From the NCBI GenBank assembly GCA_036677365.1, contig JAVBWN010000013.1:1-60436 (forward strand): a stretch of 60,436 nt of DNA, given 5' to 3'. Below are positions 34,152-45,129 of this stretch, one piece after another. Made by a program: the position numbers and the translations under genes. The stretch comes from Acholeplasma sp. Its GTDB lineage: Bacteria > Bacillota_I > Bacilli_A > Acholeplasmatales > UBA5453. The notes beneath the pieces were generated by a model. That model saw nothing but the letters and a program-made list of their open reading frames with translations, was not told the origin of the DNA and ran no database searches. The first letter of the stretch is position 1; each line of letters begins with the position of its first letter.

Positions 34152-34192
34152 AAAAATGACCCGTTTCCTAAAACGAAAATGGGTCATATTTT
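34152..34192. terminator. Bidirectional terminator
   Basis: AAAATGACCC.../...GGGTCATATTTTT between convergent genes. Confidence 0.65.
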
Positions 34193-34197
34193 TATTC

Positions 34198-35619
34198 TCA
34201 GTTGTCCAAACCGAAGTGCAATCTAAGTTCACCATTAATCACATAACTATTATTAATGACGATGCCAGAACCTTGGAACATTTCATTGATTTTTTCCTTT
34301 GGAATGACGATGGTATTGCCTACCATCAAATCCGCATCAAATACACCAATCAAGCTCGAAAGTGTCGCTTGGTCTAAATCAATTTCACCTATATTTGAGT
34401 CTATAATGGTTAACACCATATCTCCATTGGCGTTCATGCTGATGTTACCCCTTAAGTTAAACTGCATGTCAAAGGAACCAGCCATGCCCACTTTGGTTAA
34501 AGTCATCTTCAAGTGGATTGACAAAACCGTGCCTTGCATACGCACAAATAAGTTGGTTGAACTAAACTTGTATTCGACATCGTTGCCATTGAGTTTAAAC
34601 TTGATTGGGAAGTCAAACTGTACTTTATCCCCCAACGTATAATCCAATATGGCATTGACATCAGCCTCTGATAAATCCATTCTTGGGTCGGTTGGATTCA
34701 ATATCGCGTTGGTGGCCGCTTGGGTTGCAAGTGAGGCCATAAAAGCAGCTTTGTCCGCTTCACTTTCCCACTTTGTAAATACGGGTGCATCTAAATCCGT
34801 GTTGAGTCTTCTAAATGCCCCTAAATTTAAGGCAATATCAAAACCGTTATCCGAGATATCCATCACTAGTAGTGATTCTTTGTATATAATTTTGAGTAAA
34901 GCCGCAAACGTTGGATCGATGTCATACAAGAAATCGGTCAGTTCAGTCTCACCTACGGTAAAACTGAATTCTTCAGCGTTAAAGTCGCCAAAACTCATGT
35001 ATTCAGCCAAAAGTTCATTTAAGCTCTTACTGGTGACTTGGTTCACAATAAAACTGGTCAATTGATACGATTGTTTGAGTGGTAATTTCATACTACCGAG
35101 TTGGATTTTCGCCACCTTCAAGAAGTATTCATCATTTTCAGACAATACCACATCAAAAATGAATTCAAATCCAGTTTGGTATAATACAGAACCATTCAAA
35201 ACAAAATCTGCCCCTGCGGTGATTTTAATTTGGTCATCACTGATCGTTGTCCAGACCCCTTTGAGTCCTGCAGACCCGCCAAACACCATCATATAATCGT
35301 GTTCAATTTCACCTTGAAAGGTCGCATTGAGGTACTTTGGATTATCCTTAGATAATGCTTTTTGGATGACACGGTTTAAATAAGCTTCTGTCACGGTCAA
35401 CGTGACTGAATCTTTGTTTGAATCTGTGATCAGTGTCGATAATTCATTGTCTAAAGCGGTATAGAACACCGTTTCAGAGGACTCTACATACTGATCGATT
35501 GGTGCGGTTGTTTTCTTATACAACAACGCCAAAGGTAACACAATGAAAATTAATCCTAAAACGAGTAAAACAATCGTGATTCTAAGTACTAACTTAAACA
35601 AGAACTTCACAACACTCAC
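34198..35619 (-). CDS. Membrane-anchored hypothetical protein, two-repeat architecture
   Basis: 473-aa ORF (GTG start), N-terminal TM, follows tsaD. Confidence 0.8.
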   Translation of the reverse strand: MSVVKFLFKLVLRITIVLLVLGLIFIVLPLALLYKKTTAPIDQYVESSETVFYTALDNELSTLITDSNKDSVTLTVTEAYLNRVIQKALSKDNPKYLNATFQGEIEHDYMMVFGGSAGLKGVWTTISDDQIKITAGADFVLNGSVLYQTGFEFIFDVVLSENDEYFLKVAKIQLGSMKLPLKQSYQLTSFIVNQVTSKSLNELLAEYMSFGDFNAEEFSFTVGETELTDFLYDIDPTFAALLKIIYKESLLVMDISDNGFDIALNLGAFRRLNTDLDAPVFTKWESEADKAAFMASLATQAATNAILNPTDPRMDLSEADVNAILDYTLGDKVQFDFPIKFKLNGNDVEYKFSSTNLFVRMQGTVLSIHLKMTLTKVGMAGSFDMQFNLRGNISMNANGDMVLTIIDSNIGEIDLDQATLSSLIGVFDADLMVGNTIVIPKEKINEMFQGSGIVINNSYVINGELRLHFGLDN

Positions 35620-35637
35620 CCCTTTTATTTGAGTTAA

Positions 35638-36633
35638 TTAATAATCTAATGAGGATTGTCCACCCAAGATGTAATCTTTGAGTGGGCCTTTTTGTTGATA
35701 AGTGTAATACGCTGCCGCCCCAATCATCGCTGCGTTATCGGTACAATACTGCATCGATGGGATGATGATTTCTTTATCTGTAATGGTATCAAACACTCGT
35801 TTTCTTAGACCCTTATTGGCTGCTACACCACCGCAGATGAGAATTTGTTTGACATTATAATCGTTGGCAGCTTTTTTGAGTTTGGAAACCAACACATCCA
35901 CCACGCTGTTTTGAAATGAGGCACACATATCTTCCACATTGACGACTTCTTCTTTACGTTTCATGTGGTAAATCATGTTGTTCACCGCACTCTTTAAACC
36001 AGAGAACGAAAAGTCATAGGAATCTTCATCGATCATCGGTCTTGGCAACACATACGAAGGTTTCCCGACTTGTGCTAATTTATCGATGATGGGTCCCCCT
36101 GGATAGGCTAGCCCCAACATCCGTCCGACTTTATCGTAGGCTTCACCTACAGCGTCGTCTTGGGTTTCACCCAGAAGTTCAAAAGACATGTGGTCTTTCA
36201 TGTATACCAGTTCGGTATGTCCACCAGAAACCACTAGAGCGACGAGTGGAAACTTCATGTCGTTTTCAATATTGGCTGAATAAATGTGTCCAATCATGTG
36301 ATTGACACCGAGTAATGGTTTGTTGTGGGCAAACGCGAACGCACTTGCTGCGTTGATGCCTACCAACAAAGACCCAATCAATCCTGGACCTTCTGTCACA
36401 GCAACCACATCGATGTCTTTTTCTGTGACATTGGCTTGTTTTAAAGCTTCTTCAAAAACGATGGTCATATTTTCAATGTGATGGCGTGAAGCGATTTCTG
36501 GTACCACACCACCATATACTTTGTGAATATCTATTTGTGATAAAACCACGTTGCTTAAGACGGTCTTCCCGTCTCTCACAATACTGACTGAGGATTCATC
36601 GCAGCTGGATTCAACGGCTAAGATCAGCATCAT
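35638..36633 (-). CDS. tsaD: t6A threonylcarbamoyltransferase TsaD
   Basis: [38 protein letters not shown]. Confidence 0.97.
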   Translation of the reverse strand: MMLILAVESSCDESSVSIVRDGKTVLSNVVLSQIDIHKVYGGVVPEIASRHHIENMTIVFEEALKQANVTEKDIDVVAVTEGPGLIGSLLVGINAASAFAFAHNKPLLGVNHMIGHIYSANIENDMKFPLVALVVSGGHTELVYMKDHMSFELLGETQDDAVGEAYDKVGRMLGLAYPGGPIIDKLAQVGKPSYVLPRPMIDEDSYDFSFSGLKSAVNNMIYHMKRKEEVVNVEDMCASFQNSVVDVLVSKLKKAANDYNVKQILICGGVAANKGLRKRVFDTITDKEIIIPSMQYCTDNAAMIGAAAYYTYQQKGPLKDYILGGQSSLDY

Positions 36634-37063
36634 TATCCCTCCAAATTAACACATGAGCGTCGATTTTATTATCGTAATATTTTAGACGCTTATAACTCTT
36701 CTTAAATCCAAACGATTCATACAATCGAATCGCTTTTTCATTGGTCTCTCTCACTTCTAAGGAGATGATATGGACTTGGTGTTGTTTAAAATAATCCATC
36801 ACAAATCGCATCCAAAGTTTCCCTAGCCCTTGATTTTGATGGCTTGGTTTTACTAAAAAGTTGACGATTTGACCAATGTCATCGTTGATCCATAAACCCA
36901 CATACCCGATGATTTCGCCTTCATTTTCGTGAACGAAGTAGTGTGCAAAGGGGTGGTTTGTAATTTCATTATATATCATATCGTAACCGAGGGTGTGTCC
37001 AAACACAATCATTTCGAGGTCTACCACGGTATGGATGTCTTCAATGGTCATTTTTCGAATCAT
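36611..37063 (-). CDS. rimI: Ribosomal protein S18 alanine N-acetyltransferase
   Basis: GNAT motifs QNQGLG and LEVRETN..AI.LY..GF; position between tsaB and tsaD. Confidence 0.85.
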   Translation of the reverse strand: MIRKMTIEDIHTVVDLEMIVFGHTLGYDMIYNEITNHPFAHYFVHENEGEIIGYVGLWINDDIGQIVNFLVKPSHQNQGLGKLWMRFVMDYFKQHQVHIISLEVRETNEKAIRLYESFGFKKSYKRLKYYDNKIDAHVLIWRDNDADLSR

Positions 37064-37644
37064 TCGAGATTGCGCTCCGCTTCTGTGATTCTTAAGTAAT
37101 TGGGTACGAAATGATGTACATCTTTCACTTCAAAACTCTTTTCGATGATTTTCTTCGTATCGATTTCATAGTGTCTTTCGTCAATGAAGTACGGTTTAAC
37201 TTGATGTGCTTTCGCAAATTCTCGAACATAATCGGTGGTATATAACCCTTCTTCAAGAATCATTTCATTTTGACCAAAAATCGCAGCAAAGACGTTACCA
37301 TTACGTGCATCAATCATGGGTGCAACAGCTTCTTCAATACCGCTCGATAAAAAGTATAATGAGGAAACTGCCCTGAGTTTGATTTGTTTGGTATAGGCGA
37401 GCATTTTCGCAACCATCACAGCGATGCGTAAGCCCGTATAGGACCCCGGGCCATAACCTACAATGATTTCATCGATTTGATCGATGGTGAGTAGTTTTCT
37501 TTTTAGCATTTGGTCCATACGGTCAACCACATATTTTGCGTGGTCTTTCTTTCCGATTCGAATCGAATAATCAATCATTCTGCCGTCTTTCGCCAGTGCC
37601 ATCACCAAGACGCCTGTAGCGGAGTCAAATAAAATTTGGTTCAT
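37060..37644 (-). CDS. tsaB: t6A biosynthesis protein TsaB
   Basis: GPGSYTGLRI, IDAR. Confidence 0.93.
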   Translation of the reverse strand: MNQILFDSATGVLVMALAKDGRMIDYSIRIGKKDHAKYVVDRMDQMLKRKLLTIDQIDEIIVGYGPGSYTGLRIAVMVAKMLAYTKQIKLRAVSSLYFLSSGIEEAVAPMIDARNGNVFAAIFGQNEMILEEGLYTTDYVREFAKAHQVKPYFIDERHYEIDTKKIIEKSFEVKDVHHFVPNYLRITEAERNLE

Positions 37645-38087
37645 AAATAATATTCCACCCTTTCATACTTTTCGCCTTTGGCTTTAAAAGTGATTTTTCG
37701 TTGGTCATTACCCAAATCTTCAAATTCAACCAACAAATATTCACGTGGTAAAATATGGCTCACTTTGTGTGGCCATTCGATGACAGAAATACCGTCAGAG
37801 TTGATGTAGTCTTCTAAATCAAAATCAGAACCGACTTCATCCAAACGGTATAAATCGACATGGTATAGTTTGTTTTCATCCATCATGTAGCGTTTCATGA
37901 TGGTAAATGTTGGACTATTGATCGTACGTTTGATGCCTAAAGCCTGACCAATCCCTTTAGTGAATGTGGTTTTGCCTGCAGCGAGGTCGCCTTCTAACAA
38001 TAGTACAGAACCTGGTTTTAATAATAAGCCAACTTGATACCCCAAAAAGGTGGTTTCTTTGGCTGAATTTGTGAATTTTTCTTTCAT
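37641..38087 (-). CDS. tsaE: t6A biosynthesis ATPase TsaE
   Basis: GDLAAGKTT, SPTF, HVDLYRL, IEW. Confidence 0.95.
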   Translation of the reverse strand: MKEKFTNSAKETTFLGYQVGLLLKPGSVLLLEGDLAAGKTTFTKGIGQALGIKRTINSPTFTIMKRYMMDENKLYHVDLYRLDEVGSDFDLEDYINSDGISVIEWPHKVSHILPREYLLVEFEDLGNDQRKITFKAKGEKYERVEYYL

Positions 38088-38152
38088 GATATCACCGTTA
38101 TTATTTTAACATTTTTCCGAATAAAGAAAAACGTTGTGCTTCATAAGGAAAC

Positions 38153-38175
38153 AAAAAGGCGATGGTCGCCTTTTT
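38153..38175 (-). terminator. Terminator of pgi
   Basis: AAAAAGGCGA-tgg-TCGCCTTTTT. Confidence 0.75.
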
Positions 38176-39484
38176 ACTTCAATTTCTTTTCAAGTTCGTG
38201 CTTTAAATCTTCGTAACCTTTTTTACCCAATAAAGCGAACATATTCTTTTTATAGGATTCCACGCCCGGTTGGTCAAATGGGTTCAAATCCAATAAATAA
38301 GCAGACATCGCACATGCTTTTTCAAAGAAATAGACCATATAACCAAAGGTTTCTGGGTTGATGGTTTCGATTTCTAAAACGATGTTCGGTACGCCCCCAT
38401 CGACATGGGCTAAGAGTGTTCCTTGGAATGCTTTTTCATTGACGAATTGCATCGACTTACCTGCGAGGTAATTTAAGCCATCCAAATCCACTGGTTCAGA
38501 CTCGATGATGAGGTCTTCTTGGGTGCGATTGACTTTGATGACGGTTTCAAACAGGTCTCTTTCACCTTCTTGGATGTATTGTCCTAAAGAGTGCAGGTCT
38601 GTTGAGAATGCAGCGCTTGAAACAAATAAGCCTTTGTTTTCTTTGCCTTCAGATTCACCAAACAATTGTTTCCACCATTCGGAGAAGAACACCAAGCTGG
38701 GTTCATAGTTGACAAGCATTTCAATCTTTTTACCTGATTTATATAAGCGATATCTGAGTGCTGCATAATCATAAGCCACATTGGATTCATTCAAGAATTC
38801 ATTGTAGGCTTTTTGTGCACCTTTTAAAATGGCATCTGTATCAATGCCGGCAGCAGCGATTGGCAATAAGCCGACTGCTGTTAACACAGAGTATCTACCA
38901 CCGATATCATCCGCGATGACATAGGTTGGGTATCCTTTTTCATTGGCAAGTTGTTTCAATGCACCACGGGCTTTATCGGTAGTGACATAAATACGGTTTG
39001 ACGCTTCTACTTCACCATAACGTTGTTCTAAATAACGTTTGAAGACACGGAAAGCGATGGCTGGTTCTGTGGTTAAGCCAGATTTGGAAATCACATTGAT
39101 GGAGAATGATTTGTCTTCTAGGTAGGCTAATAATGATTTTGCATAAGCAGCAGAAATTTGATGCCCAACAAAAATGACTTCTAAATCGCCTTTTTTAGGG
39201 AATGCGGGTCTTAACATTTCAAGGGCTGCTTTGGCACCTAAATAAGATCCCCCAATTCCGATAACGACTAAGACTTGGGATTGTTCTCTGATTTTTTTAG
39301 CAGATGCCAGTACACTTTGATATTCTGCTTTGTCATAATGAACAGGTAAATCTAACCAACCTAAAAAGTCGTTACCTCTACCGGTTTTTTCATGAATTTG
39401 TTTGTGGATTTGTTTGATTCTCGCGTCTAATTGGACGCTTTCGTTTAAAAATGATACTGCGTGTTTCGCATTTAATTTAATCAT
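38174..39484 (-). CDS. pgi: Glucose-6-phosphate isomerase
   Basis: [32 protein letters not shown]. Confidence 0.97.
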   Translation of the reverse strand: MIKLNAKHAVSFLNESVQLDARIKQIHKQIHEKTGRGNDFLGWLDLPVHYDKAEYQSVLASAKKIREQSQVLVVIGIGGSYLGAKAALEMLRPAFPKKGDLEVIFVGHQISAAYAKSLLAYLEDKSFSINVISKSGLTTEPAIAFRVFKRYLEQRYGEVEASNRIYVTTDKARGALKQLANEKGYPTYVIADDIGGRYSVLTAVGLLPIAAAGIDTDAILKGAQKAYNEFLNESNVAYDYAALRYRLYKSGKKIEMLVNYEPSLVFFSEWWKQLFGESEGKENKGLFVSSAAFSTDLHSLGQYIQEGERDLFETVIKVNRTQEDLIIESEPVDLDGLNYLAGKSMQFVNEKAFQGTLLAHVDGGVPNIVLEIETINPETFGYMVYFFEKACAMSAYLLDLNPFDQPGVESYKKNMFALLGKKGYEDLKHELEKKLK

Positions 39485-39594
39485 GTTTACACATCCTTTT
39501 TGATCGATACCATTATATCACTTTTCACTCTATAGGATATGAATTTCATTCATAAAACGGTTACAAGTCGCTTTCATTCAGAAATTCCCAAAAA

Positions 39595-39626
39595 AATAAG
39601 CGTAGATGGCTGTGTCTACGCTTATA
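39595..39626 (-). terminator. Terminator of the S1-domain gene
   Basis: ATAAGCGTAGA.../...TCTACGCTTAT with an A-tract on +. Confidence 0.75.
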
Positions 39627-39627
39627 T

Positions 39628-39951
39628 TTATGCTTTTAGTTTTTCTTCAATCCACTCAGGTAGCTTTTCTTCCAACGTTTTAAAACCAATCTTCATATCG
39701 CAAATTTTGATTTTCTTGGAACGATCACACTTTTTATAGCTGAGTTTTAACTGTTTGTTTTCTTCATCGGCTTCGATGACGATCACTTTGACTTGGTCTC
39801 CTGTCATCGCGAATTGACTGATGTCGCGAACGAATTTATCTGAAATTTCAGAAATATGGATGAGACCTGTATACTCATTGATTTTGACAAACACACCATA
39901 GGGTGCGATGCCTGTAACTACCACATCGATGATGTCGCCTTTTTGGTACAT
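39628..39951 (-). CDS. S1 RNA-binding protein (YugI/GSP13/CvfD family)
   Basis: GIAPYGVFV..GLIHISEI, GFKTLEEKLPEWI tail; adjacent to pgi. Confidence 0.85.
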   Translation of the reverse strand: MYQKGDIIDVVVTGIAPYGVFVKINEYTGLIHISEISDKFVRDISQFAMTGDQVKVIVIEADEENKQLKLSYKKCDRSKKIKICDMKIGFKTLEEKLPEWIEEKLKA

Positions 39952-40025
39952 AAAACCACCCCGTTTGTTTTATTATATCACGTGTTTTTTATAGAAAAAA
40001 AGAAAAAGAAAAAGAGGTTACCCTC

Positions 40026-40877
40026 TCATTCGTTCGCTAAATAGATGCCCAAGCCAGCTTTACCGACATGTACGGCGATGACTGCAGATATGGTACCACT
40101 GATTTTTACGGATACATTATCAAACTTTTCTTTGACCATATCGTAAAATTGATGGGCTACATCTGAGGTGGTTGTGTAGGTAATTCTCACGACAGTTTTG
40201 GCCTTTTCCGATAATTTGCCTACTTCAGAAGTAAGGTAATTAACAACGCCATCGGTACTTCTAACTTTATGTTCAACCGATAATTTGCCTTGGTCAAATC
40301 GAAGGATGGGTTTGATTTTGAGTAAATTTCCAATCATCCCTTGGATTTTGGATAAGCGCCCGCTTTTAACTAAAATATTCAAATCATCCACAGTAAAAAT
40401 GAGTGAACCGTGACTGCGGTCTCTCAGGAATGCGTTTCTGATGTCATCTAAGGATTCTTTTTGATTGACATGTTCCACCAAGCGTTCAACCAAATACTCT
40501 GCCCCACAGATGGCCGTCGCTGTATCTAATACGGTCACACGTTCTTTTTCATCGAGCATGTCTTTCGCAAGCAACGCACTGTTGTATGTCCCACTGAGGG
40601 ATTGCGCGACAGTTAAACACATGACGTGTTCGTACCCGTCATCCAATAAGGATTGATACGCTATCATGAAGCGGTTAGGTGCAGGTTGTGAGGTCGAAAC
40701 TTTTTTGTTTTGATCGATAAATGCATAAATTTGGTCGTTGGTGAGGTCACCATCTTTGTAAGTGTCTGTCCCGACAATAATATCCAAATAGACCACACGG
40801 ATGTCGTTTTCTTTTACAAACTCAGGTTTGAGATTGAATGTAGAATCGACAACAATGCCAATTTTATTTTTATTCAT
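40026..40877 (-). CDS. DegV family fatty-acid-binding protein
   Basis: VDST, STSQP, LSGTYNSA, SGRL, IKPIL, HVG. Confidence 0.92.
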   Translation of the reverse strand: MNKNKIGIVVDSTFNLKPEFVKENDIRVVYLDIIVGTDTYKDGDLTNDQIYAFIDQNKKVSTSQPAPNRFMIAYQSLLDDGYEHVMCLTVAQSLSGTYNSALLAKDMLDEKERVTVLDTATAICGAEYLVERLVEHVNQKESLDDIRNAFLRDRSHGSLIFTVDDLNILVKSGRLSKIQGMIGNLLKIKPILRFDQGKLSVEHKVRSTDGVVNYLTSEVGKLSEKAKTVVRITYTTTSDVAHQFYDMVKEKFDNVSVKISGTISAVIAVHVGKAGLGIYLANE

Positions 40878-40879
40878 GA

Positions 40880-41323
40880 CTATCCTCCGATGTAATACCC
40901 AAGTATAGAAACCACGATGCCCAATAAGAAGCCAGCAAATACCTCGATTGGAAAGTGTCCAAGCGGTTCTTTAAGTGCTTTGCCTTTATTGATGTGGTCT
41001 GTATCAAGACCGAGTTTTTCATTGATGTTGTTAAGCATCATGGCGTGCTTAGAAGCTTCTAAACGGATGCCCATGGAATCGTGTATAACCACCAAAGCCA
41101 GCATCAATGAGATGGCAAAGTATAAACCAATGCCTTCATAAAGATAAATACTCGCAGTCAATGAAGTCACCAAAGCGCTATGAGAAGAAGGCATACCCCC
41201 GGTGGAAATCAATGCACGCGGTTGTAATGACTTTTCTTTAACACTAAAAGTGATAAACTTCAAAATTTGAGCTGCGAGTAGTGCGATAATCGAATGATTA
41301 ATGATTTGTTCTGCAGTGCTCAC
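40880..41323 (-). CDS. Divergent PAP2 family protein (DUF212/YuiD-like)
   Basis: TGGMPSSHSA, D..G.R, LKE.LGH. Confidence 0.9.
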   Translation of the reverse strand: MSTAEQIINHSIIALLAAQILKFITFSVKEKSLQPRALISTGGMPSSHSALVTSLTASIYLYEGIGLYFAISLMLALVVIHDSMGIRLEASKHAMMLNNINEKLGLDTDHINKGKALKEPLGHFPIEVFAGFLLGIVVSILGYYIGG

Positions 41324-41336
41324 TGTAGACTACCTC

Positions 41337-41564
41337 CTATACGGTGATAACTGCAATGACTCCTGGTACGTTTTCTAATAACATCGTTTCAATCCCTTGT
41401 CTCAATGTTACGTCGATGAGCCCACAGCCATCGCATGCACCTAACATTTTAACATAAACTATCCCATCTTCAACAGAGACAATTTCAATATCGCCACCAT
41501 CTCGATGTAAATAAGGTCTAACACGGTCAATTAAGTCGTGTACTAATTTGGTTGTTTCATCCAT
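41337..41564 (-). CDS. NifU/Nfu family Fe-S carrier
   Basis: RPYLHRDGGD, GACDGC. Confidence 0.9.
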   Translation of the reverse strand: MDETTKLVHDLIDRVRPYLHRDGGDIEIVSVEDGIVYVKMLGACDGCGLIDVTLRQGIETMLLENVPGVIAVITV

Positions 41565-41633
41565 TGTAAATCCCCCCTGCCACTATAGTATATGCTAAAA
41601 GCATTCGGCTTTTCAAATGTTATGATAAGTTGT

Positions 41634-41897
41634 CTATTTAACGCGTTTCAAAATAAAGTAACCACATTGATAATTACATGATTCGTTCAAGTAATCCGGG
41701 ATGTACTTGAAGTAATTCTTATCTTTTGGGTCTGCAACAAAGCCTTTGAGTCTCAATAACTCCGAAGCGACATCGCCTACAATGTAATCAAATCGATCAA
41801 ATGTATCGACATATCGGGCATTAAATTTCGCAATATCAAACGCATCTTTGGTGTTGTGAATCAGTTCAAAATTGCCAAATTGAGTTTCAATTAACAT
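41634..41897 (-). CDS. YutD/DUF1027 family protein
   Basis: DYIVGD..LRLKGF, DYL.E.CN..C.YF. Confidence 0.85.
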   Translation of the reverse strand: MLIETQFGNFELIHNTKDAFDIAKFNARYVDTFDRFDYIVGDVASELLRLKGFVADPKDKNYFKYIPDYLNESCNYQCGYFILKRVK

Positions 41898-41901
41898 GTC
41901 C

Positions 41902-43017
41902 TTATTCTCCTTTAACTAATAGTATGGTTGCGCTCGCGGCCATGGCTTTTAGATTGCCAATGGCATCTTGTTTTTCATTGGTAGCCGCCTTGATATTGAT
42001 CGCGCTTTTTGGTGCATTTAATAGGGTGCTTACAGAAGTTTTTATATCGCCAATAAATGGCGCTAATTTGGGCTTTTCTGCAAATATCGTACAGTCTAAA
42101 TTAGATACTTTATAGCCCGTATTTTGCATCATTTTAACGACTTCACTCACAATGATTTTTGAATCCATATCCTTGAATTTTTGGTCCGTATCTGGGAAGA
42201 ATGAACCGAGATCACCCAGGCTTAGCGCACCAAGGATGGATTCAGCGATTGAGTGTAGTAAAACATCTGCGTCACTGTGTCCAAGTAGACCCAAATCAAA
42301 TGGTATACGAATCCCCCCTAAAATGAGTGGACGTCCTTCAACAAGTGGATGGATATCATAACTATGTCCAATACGATACATATGGTGTTCAACCTCTTTT
42401 TCAAAATGCTCAATGTCTTTTTGATAGGTGATTTTTGCGTTATTTTTTTCATGCAAAATCAAGCCAATCTCGTGATTAAATGTGTGCTGATACTGTGAAA
42501 CATCATCGGTAGCGGTAGGTAAGATGGTTTCGTATGCTTTCGTGATTTCTTCTGTTAAAAAAGCCTGTGGTGTTTCTGCTTCGTAGAGGTGTTTTCGATC
42601 TAGAACATTCAATGTGCTATCTTTTAAATAAATGGTATTTGTCACCCTTTTAGCCAACACACAAGCACGATGAATGGCTAAGCCATGTTCCACTTGTTCA
42701 ATCAATTCATCATCGATATAAACCCGTGCTGCATCGTGTATCAATACATATTTTTCTGTGACTGCTTGTAACCCATTGTGTACAGATTCAGCTCTGGTTT
42801 TTCCACCATACACGATTTTTACATCTTCTGGTAGATAGGATTGAATAAAGGACTCATCTTCAGGGTTGATGACTAAAATCATTTCATAACCACGGTCATA
42901 AAACGGTTTAAAAGCATACCAAAAAAGTGGCTTTTGATTCACCAGGTATCTCAACTTATTGTATCCTAAATTTGCTCTGGTGCCAGACCCGGCAGCCACC
43001 AATACGCAAGCGTACAT
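41902..43017 (-). CDS. ispDF: Bifunctional IspD/IspF (MEP pathway)
   Basis: N-half AAGSGTR, HDAAR, TPQAF, TDD, KIT; C-half RIGHSYDIH, GHSDADV, GDLG..FPD. Confidence 0.9.
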   Translation of the reverse strand: MYACVLVAAGSGTRANLGYNKLRYLVNQKPLFWYAFKPFYDRGYEMILVINPEDESFIQSYLPEDVKIVYGGKTRAESVHNGLQAVTEKYVLIHDAARVYIDDELIEQVEHGLAIHRACVLAKRVTNTIYLKDSTLNVLDRKHLYEAETPQAFLTEEITKAYETILPTATDDVSQYQHTFNHEIGLILHEKNNAKITYQKDIEHFEKEVEHHMYRIGHSYDIHPLVEGRPLILGGIRIPFDLGLLGHSDADVLLHSIAESILGALSLGDLGSFFPDTDQKFKDMDSKIIVSEVVKMMQNTGYKVSNLDCTIFAEKPKLAPFIGDIKTSVSTLLNAPKSAINIKAATNEKQDAIGNLKAMAASATILLVKGE

Positions 43018-43025
43018 GTGTCCTC

Positions 43026-43538
43026 CTATAATACCTCATCCATGAGTATATCATGGGGTTCTTCGAGATTAAATTCATATTTAAATGCGGGGTAAGTGAT
43101 ACCCATTTTGTAACCTTTTTTGCCTAAAAAATAGTGGTCAAAATACCCTTTACCATAACCGATGCGTAACAATCCACAAGTGGCTACACAAGGCACCAAG
43201 TACAAGTCACAATCGTCGATGCTTGGGTTACTGTAGGGTGCTTCTTTTAAATTAAATGGTGCGTCAACAAGACTGTCTAATCGCTTTACTAAGCGGTATT
43301 TTATTTTGCCGTTTTCGATATTGGGTAGATAAAAATGCTTATTTGGGTATAAGTCAATCAACGATAACAGGTCGATTTCTTGATGGATTGGATAATACAA
43401 TCCGATGTGTTTTGATGCTTGAAATACAGCTGTTTTTTTAAGTTTCTCTATTAGGCTTAGAGCGGTTTGCATTTGATCTTCAACAGGGATATTTTTGCGT
43501 TTGTTCAATACATCTTCACGGAGCGTTTTCTTATCCAT
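43026..43538 (-). CDS. 5-formyltetrahydrofolate cyclo-ligase (start ATG 43538)
   Basis: K..LR N-terminus, VP..A, RIGYGKGYFD, EPHDI.MD. Confidence 0.88.
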   Translation of the reverse strand: MDKKTLREDVLNKRKNIPVEDQMQTALSLIEKLKKTAVFQASKHIGLYYPIHQEIDLLSLIDLYPNKHFYLPNIENGKIKYRLVKRLDSLVDAPFNLKEAPYSNPSIDDCDLYLVPCVATCGLLRIGYGKGYFDHYFLGKKGYKMGITYPAFKYEFNLEEPHDILMDEVL

Positions 43539-45105
43539 GAATCTCGTGATAATAGCAGGCATTGCTTTGATATTGAGGGTTTCTAGCTACCATCAAAGCA
43601 TCTTTCGCATGTTGATAAATTTCAGTCCCTGTTGAACCATCTGAATGACTTCTAGATATGCCAATCATGACCTCTAGTTCGGTTTGAATAGAACCATAAT
43701 TCATGGTTAAATTCATGTAAGTTTGATTGGCTTGGATGCCTTGTCTGAGTAAATCCATTTTTCTTGGGTCGACAATGGTGATGGCAAACACAAGTCCGGA
43801 TAATCTAAATAGACTGGAGGATTCACTCATGAATGAACCCTTGAGTTTTTTGATGTATTCTCCGAGTAACATATTCCCAATCTCACGGCCATAAGCTTCG
43901 TTGATTTTGGGGATGCTTGATAGTTCAATCAAGGCGAGTTGAAAATGTTTCTTAGATTGAACTAGCTGGTCTAGGTGTAATAACAATTCTGGTTGTCCTA
44001 ATAACCCATCGATGTCAGCGATGTTGATCTTTTGATAACTGCTGGTTTGGACCGTATTGAATGAGCCCATGATGATGTTCGATGTCTTGTCTTCGAATAT
44101 ACGTTTACCTGATTCCTTGACCCAAATATAATAGCCTTGTCTTAATAAACGATAGGTGGTTTTATAGGTTTGCTTACGGCTGGTTAATCCGCTCAATACG
44201 CCAAGATAGGTTTGCAAGTCTTCTTCCTTGATGAGTTTTCTAAAATCATCTAGATCAATGGTATTTTGGGGAATACCCGTCATTTTAACAAATTGATCGT
44301 TACCCCAAATATAACGTTCATCGAGGTCCATATAGAATAAACCTTCTTCTGATAATTCGAGGGTCGCGATAAACTTAAGTCGCATCGATTCTAGGTTTTG
44401 TTCCGAGGTTTTAAGTTCTTTTTCAATCGATAACAAATCGAAATCGCTGCGGCGTTCACCAATGTTGATTCGACCTTTATATTTACCCAAAATGAAGATG
44501 GGTTGTTCTACAGTGTGCAACAATACAGATTTGCCTTGATGATTTTGAAACAGCATTTCGTGTTCTTCACTCATTTTTGGCTTAGCGATTTTTGGATAGT
44601 CTTCATAATACGTTTCCATCGCTCTATTGTTTGTTTCTACACCATCAAACGACGTGATTCGTATGCTTCTATTTACGATATCGAAGAATGATTTGTCTTT
44701 GATCTGTTCTAATGTAAAACCCAATTCTTCACAAAGACTGTCTGACATTTCTTTGATTCTGCCTTTATGGTCGATGACATAATACGCATTCCACTTGGTA
44801 GATTTGATGGATTTAATGAATAAATGATAATGATTCTTAGTGAATAAGGCTTTCTTGATGACGACAAATGATGTGATGAAAAACAGTAAAACCGAAAGCC
44901 CAGTTAGATAGTGGTAAATGGTTTCTAACATCGTCTCTAGGATATATGTTTCATAAAATATCGCAATCGGAACATACAACAACATTAAAAACACCGAAAT
45001 CACTTGTGAAAAACGGTATGGTTTCTCATCGATGATACCGATGAGGATGATGAATACCCACGTACTGAGCGCGAGTATGAAAGGGAATAACGGATTATAA
45101 GACAC
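43531..45105 (-). CDS. Membrane protein with 3 TM, two PAS-like domains and a degenerate GGDEF domain
   Basis: PAS-like segments (YRL..GYYIWV..G), INEAYGREIGNMLL, FRLSGLVF in place of GGDEF; RBS GGAGG, GTG start. Confidence 0.75.
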   Translation of the reverse strand: MSYNPLFPFILALSTWVFIILIGIIDEKPYRFSQVISVFLMLLYVPIAIFYETYILETMLETIYHYLTGLSVLLFFITSFVVIKKALFTKNHYHLFIKSIKSTKWNAYYVIDHKGRIKEMSDSLCEELGFTLEQIKDKSFFDIVNRSIRITSFDGVETNNRAMETYYEDYPKIAKPKMSEEHEMLFQNHQGKSVLLHTVEQPIFILGKYKGRINIGERRSDFDLLSIEKELKTSEQNLESMRLKFIATLELSEEGLFYMDLDERYIWGNDQFVKMTGIPQNTIDLDDFRKLIKEEDLQTYLGVLSGLTSRKQTYKTTYRLLRQGYYIWVKESGKRIFEDKTSNIIMGSFNTVQTSSYQKINIADIDGLLGQPELLLHLDQLVQSKKHFQLALIELSSIPKINEAYGREIGNMLLGEYIKKLKGSFMSESSSLFRLSGLVFAITIVDPRKMDLLRQGIQANQTYMNLTMNYGSIQTELEVMIGISRSHSDGSTGTEIYQHAKDALMVARNPQYQSNACYYHEIHG

Positions 45106-45129
45106 TATATTACCTCCGTTTTAAGTTAT

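Noticed and set aside
43531..45105. Calling the PAS-GGDEF protein GdpP or an active diguanylate cyclase
   Set aside because: No DHH/DHHA1 domain, and the GG(D/E)EF signature is replaced by SGLVF
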